A stretch of DNA of 63,528 bases, the filler included, from Octopus bimaculoides (lineage: Eukaryota): NCBI RefSeq assembly GCF_001194135.2. It is 3 parts of 3 records of this genome, joined end to end, with 100 filler letters (N's around TTAATTAATTAA, not from the genome) between each part and the next. Parts side by side here need not be neighbours in the genome. Positions count along the whole stretch, not along the records: positions 23,706 to 52,868 come from NC_068986.1; 2 more parts are not named here. The stretch is one strand, 5' to 3'. Under the pieces are notes generated by a model. The model was not told where the DNA came from. It was given only the letters and a program-made list of their open reading frames with translations, and did no database searches. Made by a program: the position numbers and the translations under genes. This document shows positions 26,913 to 37,960 of this stretch, one piece after another (position 1 is the first letter of the stretch; the number at the start of each line of letters is the position of its first letter).

Positions 26913-26952
26913 ACATAATTACTATTGCCAATTAAAAAGTAAAAGAACGTAC

Positions 26953-27082
26953 TTGGCAAGAGCAGGAGTACTCATGTCAGTTTGTACACCAATAGCCATT
27001 GGAATGGAACCACAGTTGATGCTTCCAAGTTCTTCAGCCACAGCCATTGAATAGGAGAAATCAAGACCAAGTCCACCATATT
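26953..27082 (-). CDS. Acyl-CoA dehydrogenase exon 3 (aa+YGGLGLDFSYSMAVAEELGSINCGSIPMAIGVQTDMSTPALA+aa); invertebrate LCAD-like/acdh-6-like subfamily by resemblance
   Basis: TTTAG acceptor and GTACGT donor, 130 nt, phase compatible with exon 2. It carries the YGG.G.D......EELG motif characteristic of ACADs. Confidence 0.94.
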
Positions 27083-27765
27083 CTAAATATTAGAAATAAA
27101 TAAAATTAAAAATTAATTTTACAAATTGTTTTTGGAGGGAAGCAGAAGTTAAATACATTTATCTATATTGACCTAATATTTCACTGGTAATACCAAATCA
27201 TTCATCTAAAGACCTAAACAATGAAAAGCAAATTTGACCTCAGTGGGATTTGAATTTGGGTTGTCTGCTGCAAAACAATTTGTCAGTAGCTGCAGTTTAA
27301 ATAGTTGTGCCATCCACTGCATTTTCAATATTGATAATAATTGTTTCTAGTTTAGGAATTAAGTTTTGAGGGGAAAAGAGAGTTGTCAATACATCAACCC
27401 CAGTACTTGACTGGTACTTTATTTTACTGAGTCCAGAGGGATGAAAGGGCAAGTTGAATTCAACAAGAACATAAGAAACCAGAGCGAATACTACAAAATA
27501 TTTTTTCCAATGCTCTAACAATTCTGCCTGCTTGAATAAAGATAATCCTTTCTATTATAGGCACAGGGCCTGAAATTTTTGTGGGAGGGGACTGGTTGAT
27601 TGTATTGACTCAGTGCTATACTGGCACTTATTTCAATGACCCTAAAAGAATGAAAGACAAACTCAACTTCAGTAGAATTTGATCCCAGAACATATTTATT
27701 CCAAATGATTCCCTAATTACAATAGAAAATGTTTTAATCATCAAAAGAGCAAAATAGTGACTTAC

Positions 27766-27886
27766 TGGTAGGTTTGTTGACTCCTAGAAAACCTTGGTCA
27801 CCAAGTTTCTTGAACAGCTCATGAGCAGGGAAAAGCTCTGCCTTCTCCCATTCATCAACATAAGGGTTTATTTCTTTCTCAATGAA
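27766..27886 (-). CDS. Acyl-CoA dehydrogenase exon 2 (FIEKEINPYVDEWEKAELFPAHELFKKLGDQGFLGVNKPT+a)
   Basis: ATAG acceptor and GTAAGT donor, 121 nt. It has the typical ACAD N-domain motif I.P.VDEWE....FP.H..FKKLG..G.LG. Confidence 0.93.
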
Positions 27887-29732
27887 CTATACATAGAGGG
27901 TCAAAAATACATAAATAAAAAAAAATAAACAAATGACATTGATGTCATAAGAATTCATAAGCTGTGAGATAACATAAAATAATTCTTTTTTGAACACTGA
28001 AGCTTGAAGTAGACAAAGCCATAAAATACAGCTTGTAAATAGTGGTTTCAAATTTTGGCACAAAGCCAGCAATTTTGGTGGAGGGGTGAAGTCGATTACA
28101 TCAACCTTAGTGCTAAACTGGTACTTAATTTATTGACCCAGAAACAACGAAAGGCAAAATCAAGCACATGGGAATTTAAACTCAGGATGTATAGGCTGAT
28201 GAAATGCCACTAAGCATTTTACCTAGCATGTTAATGATTCTGCCAGTTTGCTGCCTTATAGCTTGTAAATATTAGGTTAAAAAGCCTTTAGAAAGAAAAA
28301 GTTAAAGTCTGCCAGTGGAAAATGAAACTACATCTTCTGTAAACATGACAGGCATTCTACCACTGGACCAAAGCAATACTCAGTTTCTCTATTCATTTTT
28401 AAAACTTTATTCTTACCAGTGAGAATTGTGAATTGTTGATCCAATATTTACATGCTATTATTTATAGCTTCTTTAGCTTCAAGTTTCATTGTTCCAAAAT
28501 TATAAATGAATGAATTTAAACAGTTTTTATGTCAGTTTTTCTGTTACTGAATTTTACAAATAATGAAATGTGTATGGCTTGTTCTCAAGGCTTATAAATG
28601 TTAACAAATTTTCTTCATTTTGTTGTATCTAGGGAGAGTCATTATACCAATATTAATAGCACACATACTGATTCAGTTCCACTCCTTTATTATTAATCAA
28701 TTGGTTAAATATCTAACCAAAAGACCAAGAACTCTGGAGATATGCTGTGACTGAAAAAACCTGGCAAAGAAAGTGAGTTCACAGCTGTAACCTACAGTAG
28801 TGATGCATAACCAGCCCATTCAAAAGTACCTCTAACTTTACAGTTTCAAAGTAAGGTGATTTAAAATCAAAATAAGCAACAGGGTATCCAGACGTAATGC
28901 AGTACAATCGTTTCAAGCAACTCCATTTAATTGAACAATGCAACCATTACATGAATTTAAATGCAGAGCAATCCTCAGATGCATAAATACATAGAATTAA
29001 ATTAAATTAAAACAGATGGGCACATTAGTACAGTTTTACCAAAAATCACTAAAAAGGTAAGGAGATAGACAAAGATCATGCTGTTTTCACTTCAGCTTAG
29101 AAGCTACTAAGGTATCAGGAAGAAAGACTTGTTACAGATTTTGCTTGTCACTGTTTTATGGGGTTAGTTTTAATTAATAGACTAGTTTATCAAATCTTTG
29201 TATATCTAAAGCCAAAAGAACAAGGAGCAGTGCCTGTTAGGAAGGGGGCTGAGGGAGTCGACAATAGTGGGTATAGTCATAAAACTATCAAGATTAATCT
29301 GAAGCAATATGATGAGATTTGGTAAAAGAAATCTTAAATCAAGATGTTAGTTATCAATTAAAGTGGCAAGACTCCAGTAAAACCAATGATGATAATACAG
29401 GGGCAATTTTATCGTGGGGTACTATAGTTGAATACTTTAAACAATATTGCTATGTTGTATAAAGTTAAAATTTAGGGTTATCAAGAAGATTATTAAGAAA
29501 AATATTATAACCAAAAGGATAAAATTTTTGAATACTTTTGTATATATACCAAAATTTACCACAACAGAGGGCGGACAGAAATTACATGGAAATAGTTTAA
29601 TATTTATTCATATTATATACTTAAATATTAACCTGTTAGATGGTAGCTATGAAGATTGATCATTGGTATTTACTGGTATTTAATAAAGGAGTACTGAGGC
29701 GAAAGAACATGCTAACAATATATTAATTAAAT

Positions 29733-30080
29733 TATTGCCAATACCGCCTGACTGGCCTTCGTAGGATTTTTGAGCGAGATCGTTGCCAGTGCCCTTGGAC
29801 TGGCTCTTGTGCGGGTGGCACATAAAATACACCATCTTGAGTGTGGCCGTTGCCAGTACCGCCTGACTGGCCTTCGTGCGGGTGACACGTAAAAGCACCC
29901 ACTACACTCTCTGAGTGGTTGGCATTAGGAAGGGCATCCAGCCGTAGAAACTCTGGCAAATCAGATTGGAGCCTGGTATAGCCATCTGGTTTCACCAGTC
30001 CTCAGTCAAATCGTCCAACCTATGCTAGCATGGAAAGTGGACGTTAAACGACAACGACGATGATGATGATGATGATGATG
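29733..30080 (+). mobile_element. Young RTE 3' UTR copy with internal repeated gccagtaccgcctgactggccttcgt units
   Basis: Reverse complement of the 25299-25540 copy, with about 90% identity by eye. Confidence 0.88.
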
Positions 30081-30096
30081 ATATATATATATATAT

Positions 30097-30402
30097 ATGA
30101 AAACTACAGATACCAACCTGATGGTTGTCAATTTCCTAGATGTATCCTTAGATTTAAATAAGAATATTTACAAACCTTATAGGAAGCCCAACGATAGACT
30201 TAGTTATATTAATATAGGTTCCTGCCATCCCCCCATAGTGTTTAAAAATTTAGTTAAAAACATTAGCAAAGGAATTTCTAGCCTCTCCTCCGATAGGGAT
30301 ATTTTTAATAGTGCTGCCCCAGTATATAATAATGCTCTAAAAGATAGTGGATTTAGCGAGCGAGAAAACAACCTGTCTAATAATAAAGAAAAGGAAACAT
30401 AG
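30097..30402 (+). mobile_element. Penelope-like element reverse transcriptase C-terminal/thumb fragment
   Basis: VNFLDVSLDLNKNIYKPYRKPNDRLSYINIGSCHPPIVFKNL...ISSLSSDRDIFNSAAPVYNNALKDSG matches the PLE FLD..L.....Y.PYRKPN...Y....S.HP signature. Confidence 0.88.
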
Positions 30403-30734
30403 GAATAGGAAAACTAGGAAAATCAGTTTTAGCTCAACTACTAATTTTAAAAACAGAATTGCACACGAAACGCAAAAACAAAATGAAACCAGCTATTCAT
30501 GCAGGGATAAAAATTTTAACTTTATACAATATGGATATATTGTTTAAAATAGTTTAAGTAATTAAGTCTTTTATCCCTTTCTTAAAGTGTTCAGTTCTCC
30601 TGATCTTAGTATTTATAATCAACTTTATACAAGTAGCCCTTCTAATTAAGTACCCTTAAGAAATTGTAATATCATGTATGGATTAACACTAATAACTTTT
30701 AAAATCTATACTATACCTCTTAATTTAATTTTGC

Positions 30735-30860
30735 ATGGATGATGGTTCACTTGCACTAAACAAGGCTGCAAAGACAGAGGCTTGGAGATGCCACTATGAT
30801 AGGTTGCTCGATAAAGAGAATGAATGGGAGAAAGAGAGTCTGCCAAATGTCGACCCAACA
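30735..30860 (+). mobile_element. RTE LINE ORF2 internal fragment
   Basis: DGSLALNKAAKTEAWRCHYDRLLDKENEWEKESLPNVDPT, truncated by a gap. Confidence 0.7.
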
Positions 30861-30960
30861 NNNNNNNNNNNNNNNNNNNNNNNNNNNNNNNNNNNNNNNN
30901 NNNNNNNNNNNNNNNNNNNNNNNNNNNNNNNNNNNNNNNNNNNNNNNNNNNNNNNNNNNN

Positions 30961-32047
30961 TTTCTGCCGATGTATCAGATAAGTGCCAAGCTTCGGGCCA
31001 CTGCGAAAAATGATCCACGTAAGTAAGCAAATGAGTATAATTCTGCGAAGGTGGCTGAGGTCCCACGATGTCAATATGAACATGCTGAAATAGTGCATCG
31101 GGTTGCGAAAAGGAACCGATTGGTGATTTTATGAGCCGGTGGATTTTTGCTTTTTGGCACACGGCACAGCACTTGGTCCATTCTCTGATGTCCTTGTTGA
31201 TACTGGCCCACACAAAACAGGTCGATATCAGCTTTTGAGTGGAGCGAATACCAGGATGTGACAGAGAATGCAGAGCAGAGAAAACTTCTCAACAATGTTT
31301 CTGTGGTATATAAAGGCGTTGGTGACCGGTGGAGATATCACACCAAATATGGGCTGTGGACGATGGTAGCGGAACATGCTGAAATTTCAGAGATGACGAA
31401 TTCCCGAGCTTTAGAAATTCTTCGTCATTCTCCTGGTCAACTGCTATACATGTCAAATCAAGTGTCGCCGTGATGTGGATAGCATTGATCTGCAGTGAGC
31501 TAGAAAAATCCTGCAGATAGGGAACCGGATAGGCATCACTGACAGTATTTTTATTCAGCGATCGATAATCACTGCAAACTCGCCAATCGGTCGATGACTT
31601 TTTTGGAACGCAGTGTATTGGCAAGGACCACTTGCTGCTGGATAGGTGGATGATTCCAAGGTCGAGCATGTGCTGGAATTCCCGTTTGACGGCCTTGAGA
31701 CGATCAGGTGATAACCTTCTGGGTCTTGCAGCAACAAGTGGACTCCTGGTTTTGATGCGGTAGGTGACTTCGTGCTTGATCGGCTGGTTGTGGAATACTG
31801 GTCAAGTGACGTCTGGATATTGTTTTAGGATAGCACTGTGATGAGTCGTCGTTGTGAGCAATATAGTTGGGTTGACTGTGGCCATACGAGCGGCTATGCC
31901 ACGCACAGTAAGCTGTGTGGTGTTGTCGACAAGTCGTTTGTTTTTAACGTCTATCAGGGAACCGAAATGATGCAGGAAATTGGTTCCTAAGATAGGAGTT
32001 GGCAGTTTAGCAATGACAAATACCCACTGGAAGATGCGGCGTACTCC
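30961..32047 (-). mobile_element. Gypsy pol fragment: protease C-terminus, RT N-terminus, internal deletion, then integrase Zn-binding and core start
   Basis: ILGTNFLHHF (protease); MLDLGII..SSSKWSLPIHCVPKK..DWRVCSDYRSLN...DAYP (RT); W......EWTKCCAVCQKAK...FQHVHIDIVGP (integrase). Confidence 0.92.
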
Positions 32048-33159
32048 NNNNNNNNNNNNNNNNNNNNNNNNNNNNNNNNNNNNNNNNNNNNNNNNNNNNN
32101 NNNNNNNNNNNNNNNNNNNNNNNNNNNNNNNNNNNNNNNNNNNNNNNNNNNNNNNNNNNNNNNNNNNNNNNNNNNNNNNNNNNNNNNNNNNNNNNNNNNN
32201 NNNNNNNNNNNNNNNNNNNNNNNNNNNNNNNNNNNNNNNNNNNNNNNNNNNNNNNNNNNNNNNNNNNNNNNNNNNNNNNNNNNNNNNNNNNNNNNNNNNN
32301 NNNNNNNNNNNNNNNNNNNNNNNNNNNNNNNNNNNNNNNNNNNNNNNNNNNNNNNNNNNNNNNNNNNNNNNNNNNNNNNNNNNNNNNNNNNNNNNNNNNN
32401 NNNNNNNNNNNNNNNNNNNNNNNNNNNNNNNNNNNNNNNNNNNNNNNNNNNNNNNNNNNNNNNNNNNNNNNNNNNNNNNNNNNNNNNNNNNNNNNNNNNN
32501 NNNNNNNNNNNNNNNNNNNNNNNNNNNNNNNNNNNNNNNNNNNNNNNNNNNNNNNNNNNNNNNNNNNNNNNNNNNNNNNNNNNNNNNNNNNNNNNNNNNN
32601 NNNNNNNNNNNNNNNNNNNNNNNNNNNNNNNNNNNNNNNNNNNNNNNNNNNNNNNNNNNNNNNNNNNNNNNNNNNNNNNNNNNNNNNNNNNNNNNNNNNN
32701 NNNNNNNNNNNNNNNNNNNNNNNNNNNNNNNNNNNNNNNNNNNNNNNNNNNNNNNNNNNNNNNNNNNNNNNNNNNNNNNNNNNNNNNNNNNNNNNNNNNN
32801 NNNNNNNNNATATTAAATTTGTGTTTTCTACTCACGACTAGCTAGCGCGGACGCGCGAACTTTCGAGTAATAGATAGATAGAGAGAGACAGACAGACAGA
32901 CAGCTCGCTCAGGCCAGTCATGGTATTAGCTGTCAGTAGCCAAAGAATCGACAGGCCAGCAACAGACAGACAGACAGACAGATACTTCACTAGTAGTGAG
33001 CACTTTCACTTCTGACAGCTAATAGCATGATAGTGCCAAATTTTTTATCTGTTCTATAACACAAAATATACAAGTATACGAAGTTTGAAAGTGTTTCGGT
33101 ACCAAAAGCACTACATAAAACATAAATGAAAAGTGTTGCCCGGCAAATCAGAAAGATCC

Positions 33160-33325
33160 ACTCACTTTACTTGGGGAGATGACCGAACCTATTTCATCAC
33201 AAAACCTTCCTGACCCAGCACAATATGTGCACCAATTACGGACATCTATGTCGCATTTTCACCTGCAGGCCCGAGTTTCACAAAAATCACAATTATTTAC
33301 CGAGACAGTTTTCACAAAGTAACAC
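33160..33325 (+). mobile_element. Gypsy integrase C-terminal fragment, opposite in orientation to 30961-32047
   Basis: LTLLGEMTEPISSQNLPDPAQYVHQLRTSMSHF resembles the L.LPGE......PDP..YV..LR..M linker. Confidence 0.55.
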
Positions 33326-34077
33326 AACGGCGTGCTCGTTTCTGCCAGCTCTCCGCCTTAGCAAGCTTCTTACCACACATCCATACCTGCACCTAGCCAC
33401 GTCTGCGCCTATAATTTTTGTTTTTCTTCTGTTGAGTTGATTTATCAATTAGATTACAGATACACAGTCCTTTATCCGGGAATCTAAAATCCGAACTTTT
33501 TGGTATAAATACGGTGGTCAGCAGAGGGACAGACAAGAAGACAGGCCTAGGAGGCAGAGACAAGAACGGTCTACGACACAGACAGGGAGGTTTAAGCAGA
33601 CCGCAGAGACCAAGAGATATGATCGAACGAAGTTCCACGGTAGACTACTGTCTTAAACACACACACACACACATATCCATTCCTGACATTATCACTTCCA
33701 GAGATGTACCCTGTTTCTATTTCTAGCAACTCGTAGCAGTTGTCAACATATGCATGTAGTGAAGAATTGTGTGTACCAACGACAAATTAAGTCCAGTGAA
33801 TAAATTATTTTAACTATGAATCGATGTCATTCATTTGTTTACATCAAAGGCATCCACATTCCCATCGCATCTGTTCATGTGATTCACATTTAACCACTAC
33901 ATGCAGTTAGCTGTCCCCAGTACAAGCACACTTACAGATCTGGGGCAGAGGCAAGGGGTGCTCGAAACAACCCAGTCTCAATCGATTCTGTAATGTGGAT
34001 TCGATAAGATTTACTAAGTACGTGATAGAGTAAACAGGAGATAACAACAAACACACCCGCAAAAATAAACAACTTAC

Positions 34078-34248
34078 CTTGTTTAAAGAATCTCGGATTT
34101 GTTTATGTTCGTCCGTATAAAATTCCATGGCGGCCAGAGAAGATTGTCTCCGGATAAATGCCCTACTATTAAACAGCCGAGAAACAGAAAAGGCAAGACC
34201 CTTTCTTTCACTTCTTAACAAAGCTTTTTGAACTAAGTTCAAAAACAT
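34078..34248 (-). CDS. Acyl-CoA dehydrogenase exon 1 with a mitochondrial presequence-like N-terminus (MFLNLVQKALLRSERKG...FIRRQSSLAAMEFYTDEHKQIRDSLNK)
   Basis: Arg/Ser/Leu-rich leader, then the ACAD N-terminal F/YT.EH..IR motif. GTAAGT donor in phase 0, joining exon 2 in frame. Confidence 0.88.
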
Positions 34249-35096
34249 TTTGATTTCCAACTCACAATTACACTATTACATTACATGCAAAGTGAACTTT
34301 GTAACGTTTATTATAAAAGTCGGAACGCCGAAAGAAAACTATTCCGTCTATGCAAAAATTTATATAAATGTGTGTTTGAATGTGGCAGATGTTATACAAT
34401 AAAATTGATATTTATATAATTTATATACAGAAAATTAAAGTCATTGATATTTTTTTTTTCTACACGAAAAATTAAAACAACATTGTCAACCAATGTTTAA
34501 TTTATTCGGAACGAAATAATATCTGAACTTGTCAGACTTTATAAACACGCACACTCATGAATGCGTGCGTGTTTTTAAATACACTCACATTGTGTGTGTG
34601 TGTGCGTGCGTGTGCGTGTGTGTGCGCGTGCGTGTGTGTATGTGAGGGAGAGAGAGAGTTTGTGTGTGTTTACATATTAAGGACATTATATAAGCATTCA
34701 AAAATATACTAGAATTGTTAACTGCAAATAAGCATTTATTAATTGGCCAAACCAACTAGATCCAATTGGAGTCAACATTTTTGCCTGTGACCTGGTTGCT
34801 CACACAGTTCCATTGCAAGGGCTAAATACATCTAACCTGCTGTAATTGTTTTAGATTCAATGCACAATCTCTGATCAAATCAGGTTATAACATCTCTAAA
34901 ATATATGTGGTGTTGCGGGGGGGGGGACCTCTCTTGGCTCTACCTGAAATTCGAAACTGAATCTGTAAATTCTCCCAAGACCTTTTGTTCTGTCGGCGAT
35001 ATCTTGATTTTTAATCTTTTCTATGCCATGAAAAATTTAAATAGATAAAGATTGACCTCCATTAATTTCACCTGATTCACATTTAACCACTCCATG

Positions 35097-35337
35097 CAGG
35101 GTGTTCAAAAAGTCTCTCCGCAGTGAATTTCTTTCATCCTGTGGAAATCAGCCTAGGAACTGCTCACACGGCAGTAAAAAAGTTGAAAATGAAGGACGAC
35201 ACTTTCAACACCTCTTATAAAGTTTTTTAAAGTCTTGTAAAGTCAAATATATTCTTTTGTAGTCTTATACCATCTTATAAATATTTATTTTGTAATTTAA
35301 AAAATACTTACTGCGAAGAGACTTTTGGAATACCCTA
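35097..35337. mobile_element. Tc1/mariner-type MITE with about 28-bp TIRs (CAGGGTGTTCAAAAAGTCTCTCCGCAGT)
   Basis: The right end reverse-complements to TAGGGTATTCCAAAAGTCTCTTCGCAGT, with TA on the right flank. Confidence 0.75.
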
Positions 35338-35910
35338 TATATATAATTATGTGTTTGTGTGTGTGCGTATTGGAGCAGTATCGAGTGTAATCGGCCGAAA
35401 CAGCAGCGACGATCTGGAACTCGACTGACGATAAAAAGCACCAGATGACCCTCCCTGTTTTTCCTGTCCTTTTTTGTATCGCCTAACTGTCCGGATGTTT
35501 TGTTGTCGCCTGTTACGTTCTTGTTCCATTTTTGTTTTTTTCTTATACATATACGTATAGCAGCGTACGTACACTTTTGGTCTCCTGTATGTAAGCATAT
35601 ATATGTAGTGGACCTTGCATGCATGAAGTGGATTCGATCCACTATAGCCAAATTTAAATCAACACTGCAACAAAACTTTTCCCACGGTGGAACAATAGCT
35701 TTTTCTCTGACAGCAGTTTAATATTTTCCAGATGCCTTTAGCTAGACCGAAACAATGTCTTCACCACTTGACCCTTTCTAACCTCTTCTACATCACCAAA
35801 ATCTAGAGTAGAGATAACAAGACCACCAGCTAAATCCATTGTTCTCAATAATATATCTATCCTTCTGGATTGTTATAAAAGCAAGGAAATCCCAAGAAAA
35901 ATTTAGTTTA

Positions 35911-36061
35911 GTCACCAGTCGGTGACGACTCAACAGTCTAGTCACCAGTCAGTGACGACTCAACAGTCTAGTCACCAGTCGGTGACGACTCAACAGTCTA
36001 GTCACCAGTCGGTGACGACTCAACTAGTTTAGTCACCAGTAGGTGACAACTCAACTAGTTT
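35911..36061. repeat. 30-bp tandem repeat x5 (gtcaccagtcggtgacgactcaacagtcta)
   Basis: Directly visible, with near-identical units. Confidence 0.95.
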
Positions 36062-37616
36062 CGTGAACGTACATCTAGAGTCATGGTCACAAGCAGGCAG
36101 TCACTAAAAGACAAACGACCAGAGAGAGAAAGAAGTTTACAACCAGCCAACTATGAGACACAACGTCCCTCAACTCTATAACTATCACTAGCTCGCATCC
36201 TTTGCTCGGTAACATTACCCTATCTTTACCTATATATACTACTATGAGAAAGTGTACATACATATACAGGCCAAAATCAACTTTCTTTACCCTGCATGCT
36301 TTACGAACTGTGTTGTACTATTGCACTAACCTACCCGTCGTGGTATGGCATTTATTAAAGTAACGGTAAATAAATATTTCTTTACAACTTCGATCACTGT
36401 TCATCGTTCATCTTATAACCTGTTACAATCGGTAACTACACAAAATTATCATCGCTACAAATTAACATCATATCATTACATATATATATATCTAAATTCT
36501 GTACGGCTCTTTTACACCCATGCAATTACGACAAAGAACACGCTTATTGATTATATATATGAAGATAATGATGGACATGTGTTTCTACCTAAATAGGAGT
36601 TATCAGCTAACAATTTTCGTACTCTGTCTCTAGCAACCAAGAAACATTGACATATACAAAAAGTGTGGCACAGACCCTGAAGCATTTTGTGAGGTGAACA
36701 GATCACACATTAAGAAAACCATCACCCTGCATAACTTGTCAGGCTCTGATGTAGAACCCACAACGGATGTAGAAGAGTGGGTGCCCTAAAAATAGCTATG
36801 AGCTTGATACTGAAAAGGAGCTGAAAGTGCAAGAATCCAACTAAAGAGAAGCAGAAATGGCAGCCTAAAGTTGAGAGCAGCAAGGGAAAATTTACTGATG
36901 GCCTATGTTCCACTGGGATTGAAGGGTTTAAAAAGCTATAACTAAACCAAGCTTAGATCACTTTATGTCCACTCAGAGGAACCGTATTAGTCTCTGCATG
37001 ATACTTTCTGATCTTCTGGAAGTGTATTTATTTTTCTCAGGATGTATTTATCTGTTTCTGTTTATATATCACCTCTAATATTTTAAGTCAATGAGCTGGC
37101 AGGTTTGTTTGCACACCGGGAAAAATGCTTAGCCATATTTCGTTTGACACTACATTCTGTGTTCAAATTACGCCAAGGCTGACTTTGCCCTTCTTCACTT
37201 TCGGGGCCGATAAAATAAGTACCAGTAGAGCACTGGGGGGTCGATGTAATTGACTTACTCCTGCCCCAAAAATTGTTGGTCTTGTGCCAAAATTTGAAAC
37301 CAATATTTTAACTACTGTTTATAAGTTTGTTGTTTATAGTATTTGATACTTCATTAGTTTTTATATTAAGACAGGTGTTTTTTTTTTCTCTTTTTTATCG
37401 GTGAATCAATGAGGGACTGTACTTGTGATAGAGAAGTTCAGTGGTTGCAATAGAAAGACTCATTGACTGTGATATAAAATGTACTATGACTGTAATGTAT
37501 GCAGTTCAGCGGTTATGATATACAGGCTGGTGACTGTTATGATACCAGTGGCTGTGTTACGTGGACACAGTGTTTACAGTATGGAAGCATAGAAGATTAC
37601 AAGATAGAAGCATAAA

Positions 37617-37960
37617 GTAAGAGTTGTTCTAAAGATCCCCTTCAGTCATGAATGACCATGGGATTGCACATAGAAAGTTACCTTCTGCGGCACAAATAGA
37701 ACCAAAGGATTTTCTGGAAGACCAGCAGTTGCCCATGCATACCAACCTTCCCTCTGCATGCCACTGATATTACTCAAAGGAAATGCAAAGACTGATACAG
37801 CTTGGCACCAGTGATATCGCAACTCATTTCTACAGGTGAGTGAAGTGGTGCAACGTGAAATAAAGTGTCTTGCTCAGGAACACAACACACAATCCAGTCC
37901 TGGAATCGAACTCACTACCACATGATTGTGAGCCTTACGCTCTAACCTGTGAGCCATAAT
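37617..37960 (-). mobile_element. tRNA-headed SINE (third family)
   Basis: The minus-strand head atggctcacaggttagagcg...gagttcgattccagg is followed by the gagcaagacacttt core motif. Related heads occur at about 12702 and 42277. Confidence 0.65.

Noticed and set aside
35911-36061. CRISPR-like palindromic 30-bp repeats
   Set aside because: No spacers, no cas genes, and a eukaryotic context.
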